A stretch of DNA of 64,000 nt from Saprolegnia diclina VS20 (lineage: Eukaryota): contig NW_008246070.1 in the NCBI RefSeq assembly GCF_000281045.1, positions 772,954 through 836,953 on the forward strand, in the 5' to 3' direction. Below are positions 1 to 11,124 of this stretch, one piece after another. A program made the translations under genes and the position numbers. The notes under the pieces are model-generated. The model worked only from the letters and a program-made list of their open reading frames with translations. It was not told the origin of the DNA and did not search any database. Every line of letters begins with the position of its first letter. The first letter of the stretch is position 1.

Positions 1-636
1 GGCGACGTCGCAGAGCGGGACGTCACCGACAATGGCGGCGAACTCGGGCTGGTTGGCGACCGTCGAGAACCAACGCGAGAGGTTCGAGAACGGCTTGCGG
101 AAGTCCTTGTCAAAGATGAACTTGAACGGGTAGATCAAGGCACCGAAGACGCAGATATCAGCAAGCGTGACCTGCTCGCCGACGAAGTACGTGCGGAGGA
201 GCAAGTGGTTCTCGAGGATGTGGAGCGACTTCTTGATGTCCTCGAGGGCCTTCGTGTGCACGTCGTGGTTGTACTTGGCGTAGCCGAAGATCGGGTACAG
301 GAGGGCGCCGAGCGGCGTCTCCATCTCGTTCGTGACGAAGTCCACCCACTGGTCGACCTGGCCCGACTCGTAGAAGGTCTTGCCCGTGAGGCCCGTGTCG
401 GCGCGGAGGCGCGCGACGTAGCGAGCGATCGCGTTCGACTCGTAGATCGGGCCTTCGGGGGTCGCGAGGACCGGGACCTTGCCGAGCGGGTTGAGCGCGA
501 GGAACTCGGGCGTCTTGTTGTCGACGCCCATGACGAACGTCTCGGGGACGTTGAGGTCGACGCCGTTGTATTCGGCAGCGATCAAGATCTTGAAGGCGCG
601 GGAGCCGGCCTGGGGCGCGTACAACGTGTAAGCCAT
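1..636 (-). CDS. EEF1G: Translation elongation factor 1-gamma (GST-like N-terminal part; runs off window start)
   Basis: Manual translation from ATG 636: MAYTLYAPQAGSRAFKILIAAEYNG...NKTPEFLALNPLGKVPVLATPEGPIYESNAIARYVAR...QVDQWVDF...TYFVGEQVTLADI...RWFSTVANQPEF. This is the EF1Bgamma GST-like domain. The frame is absent from the ORF track because it has no stop inside the window. Confidence 0.92.
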   Translation of the reverse strand, partial: MAYTLYAPQAGSRAFKILIAAEYNGVDLNVPETFVMGVDNKTPEFLALNPLGKVPVLATPEGPIYESNAIARYVARLRADTGLTGKTFYESGQVDQWVDFVTNEMETPLGALLYPIFGYAKYNHDVHTKALEDIKKSLHILENHLLLRTYFVGEQVTLADICVFGALIYPFKFIFDKDFRKPFSNLSRWFSTVANQPEFAAIVGDVPLCDVA

Positions 637-1215
637 CGTGGAAAAGCAAAAGTGACCTCACACGCCGAGGCGCCGATGCACCACTCATTTGGATTCCCTC
701 TCACATTCGATACAGATTCTGTTTGAACACTGGGTCGAATTGAGACGATACTGAGAAAGGATTGGCCGGTCCGTCGTTGCTGGCAAGAAGCGATGGACGC
801 ACTCTCTCCACTGCACTCTGCACTCGAGTGCAAGGTCTTGCGGAAGGTAACGAGTAACCACTGTGTTGGGGGTGGTCAAGCACTGGCCAGCCCCACCAGC
901 GAGCATGTTGGGCAATGCCATGAAGAAGGTGAGACCAAGTGCTGGCCTCAAGAGGTCGAGAAGGCTCAACTGCCAACGGGATTCGCGCAGGGTTGTTGGC
1001 CGCTTGCTCCAAGACCCTACGATGACCATATCCGGATATCCAGGCCTTCCATTTTATTCCAGCTAAATATTTTATCAAACAAAATAGCGTCTTGTTGTTT
1101 GTATGTCAACGTGATAGATTTTATCGAGCTCGCATTGGATATAATTCCATGCGATCAATTTTTCGGAACGAAATCCCCTCTTGCCGTCGAAGACGAAGAC
1201 CCTTCGAGCGACGCC

Positions 1216-2354
1216 ATGGGCAACTTCCTGAGCAGCCCCATTACGGAGAAGGAGACGCATGTGGGCATGGGCAACGGCCTCGCCTACGCAGTGAGCTGCA
1301 TGCAGGGCTGGCGAGCGACCATGGAAGACGCGCACATTGCGCGCACGACGATCCCGGCGTTTGACAACTGCTCGATCTTTGCCGTGTTTGACGGCCACGG
1401 TGGCAAGCTCATTGCGGATCACAGCGCCATGTCGTTGGCGGATGTGCTCGAGAAGCAGAGCATCAACGGCAAGGAAGCCGACCCGGCGGACATTGGCAAG
1501 GCGCTCGACCGCACCTTTCTCCAGCTCGACGCCGACCACCGGCAGTTGAAGCAGATTGCGAGTGGCGAGGACCACAGTGGCTGCACAGCCATCGCAGCGT
1601 TCGTCACGCACTCGCACATCATTGTGGCCAACTCGGGCGACTCGCGCAGTGTGCTCGCGACCGACGGGTCGGTCGTGCCCATGTCGTACGACCACAAGCC
1701 CAACAACGAGACGGAAAGGCGGCGCATTGAGAACGCGGGCGGGTCCGTCCGCAACAACCGCGTGAACGGTGACCTTGCTGTATGAAGCATTCCTTGCACG
1801 CAACCCATCTACCTGTGCTCATGACGTCGGTTCCTTAGGTGTCGCGTGCCTTGGGCGACTTTGTGTACAAGCAACGCAGCGACCTGAAGGCCGAAGAGCA
1901 GCAGGTATGAGCAATAGGCACGCGATTTGCAGTATGCAACCTGCGTCATGTAGGTGTCGGCCGAGCCGGATATCAAAATTGAAGTGCGCAACAAGGAGAA
2001 CGAGTTTCTCATCTTGGCCTGCGATGGCATTTGGGACGTCATGACGAACGAAGAAGCGTGCGACTTTGTTCGTGGCTTGATGCTCAAGGGCGAGACCAAT
2101 ATGGGACTCATCTGCGAAGAGATGCTGGACCACTGTCTCCAGCTTGGCAGGTACACGTCTGTGGCATGTGTTGTGGCTCCACGTGTCCTTGTAGCCGCGA
2201 CAACATGAGTGTCATCATCGTCAAGTTTGGCGGTGCCAAGATTGGCTCTGGCGACGGTGTCATGGGGCTCCGAAAGGCGCGCGAAGCGGCGGCCGCGGAA
2301 GCCAAGAAGCAAGAGCAGTCGGAGCACAACTACTCGGCTGCGACGTCGCAATGA
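1216..2354 (+). CDS. Protein phosphatase 2C (PPM1A/B-like), predicted N-myristoylated; 3 introns
   Basis: MGNFLSSP start (MGxxxS). PP2C motifs MQGWRATMEDAH, FAVFDGHGG, ANSGDSR, DHKP, RVNGDLA/VSRALGD, LACDGIWDV, SRDNMS. Short GT..AG introns join the ORF-track frames. Confidence 0.93.
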
Positions 2355-2508
2355 TGCTTGTCCCATGTGCTCACGCTCGCTGATGTGCCCGTTGTCCAGG
2401 GCGGTGCAGGCCACGCTCAAAGACTCCCCGCGCTTTCCGCCACCCTTTGCGTCTGCACTAACCACGACAATGCATTGAATGCACCACAAGTTGTTGTCTT
2501 GTGCAGAG

Positions 2509-4066
2509 TTACAGCGCCTGGTCCATCTCGCTGCTCTGGTGCGCAGTGTGGGGCGTCGGCTTGCGGTAGAAGCGCATGTCCAAGCCGCGGAAATACTCGA
2601 TCGTCTGCATCAAGCCCGCCTCGAGTTCGACCGTCGGCTCCCACTTGAGGTGCTCTCTACAACGCAGATACGTGAGTCTCGCACAGCTAAATGAGAGCAT
2701 CAAGTTGGGATACTTGGCCAATGCAATGTCGGGCTTGCGGCGCTTTGGGTCGTCGTTGGGCGACGCCATGCACACAAGCGTCGACGTCGAGCCCGCGAGA
2801 CGGATGATGGTCGTCGCAAGCTCCATGATGGTGATCTCGTGCGGGTTGCCGAGGTTGATCGGACCCTTCTGGTCGCTCTCCATGAGCTCNNNNNNNNNNN
2901 NNNNNNNNNNNNNNNNNNNNNNNNNNNNNNNNNNNNNNNNNNNNNNNNNNNNNNNNNNNNNNNNNNNNNNNNNNNNNNNNNNNNNNNNNNNNNNNNNNNN
3001 NNNNNNNNNNNNNNNNNNNNNNNNNNNNNNNNNNNNNNNNNNNNNNNNNNNNNNNNNNNNNNNNNNNNNNNNNNNNNNNNNNNNNNNNNNNNNNNNNNNN
3101 NNNNNNNNNNNNNNNNNNNNNNNNNNNNNNNNNNNNNNNNNNNNNNNNNNNNNNNNNNNNNNNNNNNNNNNNNNNNNNNNNNNNNNNNNNNNNNNNNNNN
3201 NNNNNNNNNNNNNNNNNNNNNNNNNNNNNNNNNNNNNNNNNNNNNNNNNNNNNNNNNNNNNNNNNNNNNNNNNNNNNNNNNNNNNNNNNNNNNNNNNNNN
3301 NNNNNNNNNNNNNNNNNNNNNNNNNNNNNNNNNNNNNNNNNNNNNNNNNNNNNNNNNNNNNNNNNNNNNNNNNNNNNNNNNNNNNNNNNNNNNNNNNNNN
3401 NNNNNNNNNNNNNNNNNNNNNNNNNNNNNNNNNNNNNNNNNNNNNNNNNNNNNNNNNNNNNNNNNNNNNNNNNNNNNNNNNNNNNNNNNNNNNNNNNNNN
3501 NNNNNNNNNNNNNNNNNNNNNNNNNNNNNNNNNNNNNNNNNNNNNNNNNNNNNNNNNNNNNNNNNNNNNNNNNNNNNNNNNNNNTGGCCCATCTCGAGGA
3601 GGCGGCGGCAGAGGTGCAGGCCGAGGAAGCCGGCGCCGCCCGTCACGAGGATGCGCTTGAAGCCGTTGCCCGTCTCGATGGGCATTGGCCGAAGCGCCGC
3701 GGCGACCGGCTCCTTCTTCAAGACCGCCTTCTTCTCGCGCTTGGGCGTGCCGGCCTGCGGCGACGGCTTCTTGCTCGCCGAGGCGAAGAGCGATCGATGG
3801 ATGGTACTGTGGTGGCTGCGAAGATGCGACGTGCCGTTCGATGTGTTGTCGTTGTGGATCGCAATCAGTGCGTCTTGGAACGGCGTCTTGGGGTTGTCGG
3901 CGCAGAGCTTGCACACGTAGGCGCAGAGCGTGCCCCGGCGGTTGGGCTCGGGTCCGTTCTTGAGCTTGTAGATGTACTTCCACACCTGCGACTTCTTCTC
4001 GACCCGCTCGTACTCGGGCCGCGACTCGTCGGCAGCCATGTCCGGCGTCGGGGTCTCGCTCGACAT
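2509..4066 (-). CDS. UXS: UDP-glucuronate decarboxylase (UDP-xylose synthase) copy 1, with an N-terminal BED zinc finger; core in N-gap
   Basis: [13 protein letters not shown]ossmann motif; C-terminal [17 protein letters not shown]...[10 protein letters not shown]. In-frame N-terminal extension SQVWKYI...CKLC...TSNGTSHLRSHH. Confidence 0.85.
2890..3584. other. Assembly gap (695 N) inside UXS copy 1
   Basis: Run of N. Confidence 1.
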
Positions 4067-4419
4067 GATTAGCACAGTCGGGATTTCGACTAACTGACTT
4101 TGGCCCTCGACCACAAAAGTGTTGTGCCGGGAGCACAAGACCCTTAAAAAGAAGACTTGGTATTTGTATGCAATTAAATACCATCGCAACCGGCATCCGC
4201 GTCGTGTAGTCGATTGGGCCGACTGAAAACCGCCAACGCGGCTAAAAACACCCAGCAAAACCATTTCATGAAGGCGCTTCGACTTCGCTTGCAGCATGCA
4301 GCCAGGACGCAAAATACATGTTATGTGCGCAAATACAGTACTTGCCTAGACAGAGAGCATTGCGTACTTTGACACGGGACTGGACCCCGCTTTTTCTCAC
4401 GCCGCCTTGGGATAAGAAA

Positions 4420-5573
4420 CTACGCGCGCAGCGCCTTGTCCTTGTCGCTGCTCTTGTGAGCCGTGTGAGGCGTCGGCTTGCGGTAGTAGCGCATGTCCAA
4501 GCCGCGGAAATACTCGATCGTCTGCATCAAGCCAGCCTCGAGCGCCACGCGTGGCTCCCAGCCAAGGTGCTGCCTAGACACACGCCATTACACCTCGCAC
4601 CGAACAGTCCAACGTACTTGGCCAACGTCGTATCCGGCTTGCGGCGCTTTGGATCGTCGCCAGGCGATTCCATGTAGATGAGCTTGGAGTCCGAGCCAGT
4701 CATGCGGATAATGGTCGTCGCAAGCTCCATGATGGTGATCTCGTGCGGGTTGCCGAGGTTGATCGGNNNNNNNNNNNNNNNNNNNNNNNNNNNNNNNNNN
4801 NNNNNNNNNNNNNNNNNNNNNNNNNNNNNNNNNNNNNNNNNNNNNNNNNNNNNNNNNNNNNNNNNNNNNNNNNNNNNNNNNNNNNNNNNNNNNNNNNNNN
4901 NNNNNNNNNNNNNNNNNNNNNNNNNNNNNNNNNNNNNNNNNNNNNNNNNNNNNNNNNNNNNNNNNNNNNNNNNNNNNNNNNNNNNNNNNNNNNNNNNNNN
5001 NNNNNNNNNNNNNNNNNNNNNNNNNNNNNNNNNNNNNNNNNNNNNNNNNNNNNNNNNNNNNNNNNNNNNNNNNNNNNNNNNNNNNNNNNNNNNNNNNNNN
5101 NNNNNNNNNNNNNNNNNNNNNNNNNNNNNNNNNNNNNNNNNNNNNNNNNNNNNNNNNNNNNNNNNNNNNNNNNNNNNNNNNNNNNNNNNNNNNNNNNNNN
5201 NNNNNNNNNNNNNNNNNNNNNNNNNNNNNNNNNNNNNNNNNNNNNNNNNNNNNNNNNNNNNNNNNNNNNNNNNNNNNNNNNNNNNNNNNNNNNNNNNNNN
5301 NNNNNNNNNNNNNNNNNNNNNNNNNNNNNNNNNNNNNNNNNNNNNNNNNNNNNNNNNNNNNNNNNNNNNNNNNNNNNNNNNNNNNNNNNNNNNNNNNNNN
5401 NNNNNNNNNNNNNNNNNNNNNNNNNNNNNNNNNNNNNNNNNNNNNNNNNNNNNNNNNNNNNCGAGGCAGATGACGTCGTGGCCCATCTCGAGGAGGCGGC
5501 GGCAGAGGTGCAGGCCGAGGAAGCCGGCGCCGCCCGTCACGAGGATGCGCTTGAAGTCGGACGTCGTCTCCAT
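4420..5573 (-). CDS. UXS: UDP-glucuronate decarboxylase (UDP-xylose synthase) copy 2, no N-terminal extension; core in N-gap
   Basis: [37 protein letters not shown]...[16 protein letters not shown]...[10 protein letters not shown]. Near-identical DNA to copy 1 on both sides of the gap and the same last-intron position. Confidence 0.87.
4767..5461. other. Assembly gap (695 N) inside UXS copy 2
   Basis: Run of N, same length as the gap in copy 1. Confidence 1.
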
Positions 5574-5723
5574 CGTCGCCAATGAAATCAAATCCACGCG
5601 AGGGAAATGCGCGCTTCTGATTGGTGGATCACCGCGATCTTTCTTTGCGCTCACATTTGCTAGTTGTCTCGAGTGTAACCGGCGACTAGTTATAGATATT
5701 TCACTGCGCTTATCGGCCGCGCG

Positions 5724-7153
5724 ATGGCCAAGGCGGTCGTGCCGACGAGCCAAGACCCTTTGACCCCAGAGAACTCGGCCACAAAGCCGCCAGTCTCGCC
5801 GGAGCGCTCGCCCAAGAAGGCGGCCAAGTACGCGCCTTCCGCGGCAAGTGCCAAGCAGATTGCGGTTAAATCCAACGACAACGCGAGCGAGGCCAAGTCA
5901 CCGGGCAAAGGCAACTCGAAGGAGAAGGAGACAGCGCCGCCAGTAGCCAACGACGCTGCAAAGCCCGCAGAGACAAGTGCCGAGCCGGCAGCGCCACCAC
6001 CCGACGAACCCAGCTTGGAGGAGCTGCTCGAAGTACCCGTGGGCATCTTTGGGCCGCAGTTTACGCGTCGCGACACCGAAGATCTGTGCTTCGCCATGGG
6101 CATGAGCCTCCAAGAGGTCGGCAAGCTCATCGCAATCTTCAATGACATTGATGTCAACTGCTCGTACGTATCGAATGCTCCAAATTCTGCGTCTCAGAGG
6201 CTCTGTCTTGCGTAGCGGTCTCATCAACTTGGTGCGAATAATCGCCATCAGAATATCATTGTCTTCGTGGACAGACAACTGATACACGCTGTCGTAGGTC
6301 GAGTTTTACCACCTTCTCGACTCGCCACAAAACGCGTATACGCTCGGCGTGCTTCGCCTGGCGCCGGCGCGAAAAGACCCCAAGAAGCTCGAAATCGACG
6401 ACTTTGTCGAAATCATTTGCAAATTTGTGCGCATGCGGCCGCGCGAGGTCGTGACGTTTTGCTTCGAGACGTTTGACGAAGATGAATCGGGTGCGCTGCT
6501 GGCCAGCGACGAGGACGAATGGACAAAGTTGAGTAGGCGCGTTGGACCCTATCGAGTTTCTCAACATGTGCGCTGCGATCCAGGTCAAGGGCAAAGGGTT
6601 CTTCGATGGCAACTTTCGCAAAGCGATGGCGTCGTTTGATAAGAACAACGACGGACTCCTCGACCACGATGAGTTCCAAGAGATCAACGTCCAGTTCCCA
6701 CTCGTCTTTTACCCGCTCTTTCAATTCCAAAACAAGATGCTGCAGCACACGCTCGGGTGGTGGAAGTGGTACCAAATCACGTACCGCGAGCGCAAGATCG
6801 ACATGTGGCGCAAGTACATGCACTCGCACCTGGGGCGGGAGCCGCCGATTACGCTCGAAGACCAACTTTGCAGCTGCCTCTACAAGACCAGCCAAATGCG
6901 CCTCGTGGCTGCACAGCTCTATAAGACCGACCAAATGCGGCTGACGCTCGAGGCGAAGCGCGCGGCGTTGCCTATCATACCAAAAGCCAAGGTCCCGCTT
7001 CCGTCGCCCAACGACAAGTACAAGCAAAGGTCGCCATCCAAGAAGCAGCCAATCCAGCCACTCAACCCCATCATCAAGCCCGCTGCGACGGCGAAAGAGC
7101 TTCAGTTAGCAAAGAAGCACACGTCGAGTATACGCGCAAAGACGTCGCGATGA
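5724..7153 (+). CDS. EF-hand calcium-binding protein, paralog 1 (low-complexity N-terminus, 16-nt micro-exon)
   Basis: Spliced EF loops [24 protein letters not shown] and [13 protein letters not shown]-terminal [11 protein letters not shown]...LGWWKW segment shared with paralog 2. Confidence 0.8.
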
Positions 7154-7530
7154 CATCATTATCAAAACTACAGCGCGTTTGTTTGCTATACGATCTCAGC
7201 TTGTGGCCTTATTTCAGTACATAAATGGTCGGGCTCTGGGCTAGGATCTCATGGGGCATGGTGCGACTGGGACGAGGCGATACTTTGCGTGTCAGATTCG
7301 AACATTCAACGAGAAAATGCCGTTGGAATGAGAGGTATATTCGTTGCTTGAGGGCTAGGGTAAAAACCCTTGTTGAGGGTCCATTCGCTACCTTCTCACC
7401 AAATATGTTTATTGAATACGATCTCTCTGGCTACTTGTGCAAGAGTTGACAGACTATAGTAGTGTGCATGGTCCACAGTTGTAGGGAATTTGCCTAATTT
7501 TACCAGCGGAATAAGCAACTTTGGGGGCAC

Positions 7531-7990
7531 GAGACGTTCGGCTACTTCCTCGTAGACTGCAGCTTCATCCACGACGTGTGGGACACGCTCCACGCGGTCA
7601 CGGCCTCCCTTGGGCGTGGTCTTGCCGACAACGCTCTCGGACTACATCTACTTGACGCCCAAGACAGTCTCCAGCATGCACCAACACGCGTTCCGCAACC
7701 TCTGGCCCGTGTTCCGCACGTGCGTCTGGTTCAACGTCGGGCAAGTCCGGAGCGATCGCGTCTTTCGCGCCAACCTACACCTGCCAAGTCTATGGACGAT
7801 TGCCGTCAAGGCGACGTGTGTCACCAACTGCACTTGCACCACAGCCTCGTTCAAAATCCAGGGCTGCAAGATTTTTGTCGCCTTCTCCGGCTCCTCGCTC
7901 AACACGAGCGGCCGCGCCAGCACCTTGTCCCGCAGATCGCTCCAGCCTGGATCAAGGTCGACAACCGAGCATACACACAAAGAACGTCCG
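7531..7990 (+). mobile_element. Degenerate 3' fragment of a non-LTR retrotransposon ORF2 (L1/Tx1-type C-terminus)
   Basis: Frameshifted translation ETFGYFLVDCSFIHDVWDTL...LWPVFRTCVWFNVGQVRSDRVF resembles the ETxxHxxxxC zinc-knuckle tail and the WxxWxxRNxxxF motif that follow the RT in L1/Tx1 elements. It is decayed (H>Y, W>G, N>S, one frameshift). Confidence 0.6.
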
Positions 7991-8013
7991 ACATATTAAG
8001 TAGCGTAGATCTA

Positions 8014-8421
8014 NNNNNNNNNNNNNNNNNNNNNNNNNNNNNNNNNNNNNNNNNNNNNNNNNNNNNNNNNNNNNNNNNNNNNNNNNNNNNNNNNNNNNNN
8101 NNNNNNNNNNNNNNNNNNNNNNNNNNNNNNNNNNNNNNNNNNNNNNNNNNNNNNNNNNNNNNNNNNNNNNNNNNNNNNNNNNNNNNNNNNNNNNNNNNNN
8201 NNNNNNNNNNNNNNNNNNNNNNNNNNNNNNNNNNNNNNNNNNNNNNNNNNNNNNNNNNNNNNNNNNNNNNNNNNNNNNNNNNNNNNNNNNNNNNNNNNNN
8301 NNNNNNNNNNNNNNNNNNNNNNNNNNNNNNNNNNNNNNNNNNNNNNNNNNNNNNNNNNNNNNNNNNNNNNNNNNNNNNNNNNNNNNNNNNNNNNNNNNNN
8401 NNNNNNNNNNNNNNNNNNNNN
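8014..8421. other. Assembly gap (408 N) covering the 5' end of EF-hand paralog 2
   Basis: Run of N. Confidence 1.
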
Positions 8422-9385
8422 TACGGCCCACGCGTCACACGGCGTGGCACGGAAGACGTTTGCTACGGCTCGGGCATGACGCACGGTGAGATGAAACGTC
8501 TAGTGGCAGTGTTTGATGACATTGACACGACACATTCGTAAGTCTCTCACTCGTGTGGGTTGACGCGGGCGCTGACGGTCTCTAGGGGCGTCATCAACCT
8601 CGTACTGCATAGTTCCCACGACCTCGTCATTCATTTCATCCTAGTTGGAGTTTTACTACCTCCTCGAGTCGCCTCAAAACGAGTATACACGGGGCATCTT
8701 GCGCCTCGCGCCACAGCGAAGCGACCCGAAGAAGCTGTCGCTCGATGATTTTGTCGAAATTATGGTCAAGTTTGCTTGCATGGACAAGAAGGGCGTGATT
8801 GAATTTTGTTTCGAGACGTTCGACGAGGACGAGTCGGGTACGCATCGCCGTACTGTTATCTTGGGATGACAATTTGCGGACCCGTTAGGCGGGCTTGATA
8901 GCAATGAGCTTCGCAACCTCTGCAGCGCGATTCAAGTGCGCAACGATACCTTCTTTAACGGCAACTTTATGCGTGCGATGGAACACTTTGATGAAGACAA
9001 GGACGACCAGCTCAACCGGCGCGAGTTTCGACTCCTTAGCATCCAGTTTGGGCTCATTTTCTACCCGATCTTTCGATTCCAAAACAAGGTGCGTGTCAAA
9101 ACGCTTGGGCGCTGGAAATGGTACCAAATCAAGCGCCGGGGCCAAACCATCGACGCGTGCCGCCACTTCATGCAGACACACGACGGACGTGAGCCGCCCA
9201 TCACGTGGTTCGATCGCGTCTTTAGCTGCTGGAGCCATGCCCCCCGATTACGCCACATTGCGATCCAGCTCTACAAAGCAGACCAGCATCGACGGCGACT
9301 CGAAACCCAGCGAGCAGCGATATTATTCAATCTCGGTGTGCTGCCAACAGGCACGATCCAGCCAAGCCCAGTACGTTTCCAGTGA
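8422..9385 (+). CDS. EF-hand protein, paralog 2 (5' partial)
   Basis: [76 protein letters not shown] aligns with paralog 1 and has the same three intron positions. Confidence 0.8.
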
Positions 9386-10176
9386 AATTGCCGAGTTGAT
9401 TTATGAGCAATTGATCCCTTGTTGTTTACGTCGAAAGAGGGGTGGAGGGTAGGACCCCTTACCCTCTTTGGTGGTTACCTCCGTTAAAAATGGCATCCGA
9501 AGTTGGAGTATCCCGTGGTCAAGAGACATCATGCAATGTTCGTTTTGTGTGAAACATAGATTGTCGAGTTAGTGGCTTCATTGTCCCACTTCTTGTTGCT
9601 GCTTTCTCATGCAGAGAGCACTCAAGACGGAAACCCTTCTCCATGTGCTGGTAGTGCACGTATACGTTGTAGTAACACACAATCGGCTCGAGCATCCGGA
9701 AGTCATTCCCCACTCTTGGATTGACTTATTGCTTGTTGAGAATTAATTCTGTCTCGTGGCATGAAAAGTTCGTCAACGCTCTAATAGAGGTTTCATTTCT
9801 TTCTTGAGCTTTTTGTCGTCATCCAGGGGCAAATCTGGAACCATAAAACCGTTGGTTGCGAGTCTTGTTTCGACAAGTCCCTGAACAGGCTTTTTAAAAG
9901 TGCTAAAATAGTACTACTAGTACAGTGGCAAGACTAGAAATCGCGTTGCTGTCAACTCCAGAGCCGACGCTATGTGCGGCCAACGTATTCATGACAGTAA
10001 GCAATCCCAGCATCCTACCAAGTAGAAAATCGCTCCAGACAATGGAGTTGTGTCGTTGGTGCTGCAGCTGAGTGGCAGGCGGAGTCCGTATACCGTTTTG
10101 TTATCCGGATAAAAATATGAACCGGCCGCGGCGATAGCATTCAAAATTTCCAGCCGAGAGACCGACCGAGCGCGTG

Positions 10177-11124
10177 ATGAATATCTTGAGCGCTGGCACG
10201 CAGCTCGGCGCTGGCCAGTTGAAGAAGCTTGTCGTGTGCTCTGCATGTGGTGGCAAGCCTGAGCCTAGCAGCCACATGTACGTCGCCCTCGACCTCTGTG
10301 CCGTTGAGACGTGCGGTGCGCCCCAAGTCCGCAATTTCTACTGCACGCAGCACATTCGGTCTCTGGAGCTCCAGCCCTGGAAGCGATACCCAGTGGACTT
10401 TTGTTTTCGCTGCAAGCGGGACGCGCTCAGCGTGCACGCGGACGGCCAGTCGATGGTGACCTTTGCCGTCACGGAGCCCGACGCCCTTTTGCATCTTCTT
10501 GCCAAGCCACCGCCCTCGACCGAGGTGCGCATGAAGCGACCGTCGGTCTTCAAAATGCTGCCGCTCCGCAAGAGCTTGGTCGTAAAGCGGCCGGTCGGCC
10601 GACCGCGCGGCCGACCTCGCCAAGTGGCGTCGTTCCATCCGTTCGGCCTGAATCCTACGCGCTCGGCGGATGCCTCGGTGCCCATCGACGCTGCCGACGA
10701 CGACGCGTTCGTAGCTTCGCCTGACCTCGATTATGAGTTCGGTGAGCCTGATGAGCCCGATGCTGGCGAACCCAACGTGGCGGCTGAGGTGACCCCGGAA
10801 GTGGCGGGCGAGATGACCCAGGAAGGGGCCGTCGCTCCGACCCACCCAACGATCGAGAGCGAGCTCCGTACGAACGACGTGGTGCGACTGTCGGCCAAGC
10901 AAGTCGACGCCGCTCAGGATATTTCGCCCATCACCAAAGTCATGGCTTCGAAGCGGGTCTGCTCGATGCCCGAGTGCACTCTGGCCGCCAAGTCGCGGGG
11001 TCTCTGCATGAAACACTATTATTACGAAGCAAAGCATCGTCAGTGCCAGCGGTCTGGTTGCAAGCACATTGCAAAGACGGAAGGTCTGTGCCGCAGTCAC
11101 TTTAATGGGTACAACGTCGACTAA
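10177..11124 (+). CDS. Putative DNA-binding protein: Cys-rich N-terminus, AT-hook, two C-terminal WRKY19-like CxxxxC..GLC..H zinc modules
   Basis: KRPVGRPRGRPR AT-hook; CSMPECTLAAKSRGLCMKH and CQRSGCKHIAKTEGLCRSH; N-terminal CSAC..CAVETC..C..H..CFRC. Intronless, coding-like codon usage. Confidence 0.7.
   Translation: MNILSAGTQLGAGQLKKLVVCSACGGKPEPSSHMYVALDLCAVETCGAPQVRNFYCTQHIRSLELQPWKRYPVDFCFRCKRDALSVHADGQSMVTFAVTEPDALLHLLAKPPPSTEVRMKRPSVFKMLPLRKSLVVKRPVGRPRGRPRQVASFHPFGLNPTRSADASVPIDAADDDAFVASPDLDYEFGEPDEPDAGEPNVAAEVTPEVAGEMTQEGAVAPTHPTIESELRTNDVVRLSAKQVDAAQDISPITKVMASKRVCSMPECTLAAKSRGLCMKHYYYEAKHRQCQRSGCKHIAKTEGLCRSHFNGYNVD

Noticed and set aside
205..726. ORF-track frames 205..726(+) and 158..688(-)
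   Set aside because: Shadow or off-frame ORFs over EF1-gamma caused by GC-rich codon bias; the same applies to most overlapping ORFs in the track
860..1066. Short ORF with RDSRRVVGRLLQDPTMT, vaguely like a Tc1 transposase HTH
   Set aside because: Too short and weak; no TIRs or DDE region seen
2890..5461. Long ORFs spanning N runs
   Set aside because: Artefacts of translating assembly gaps
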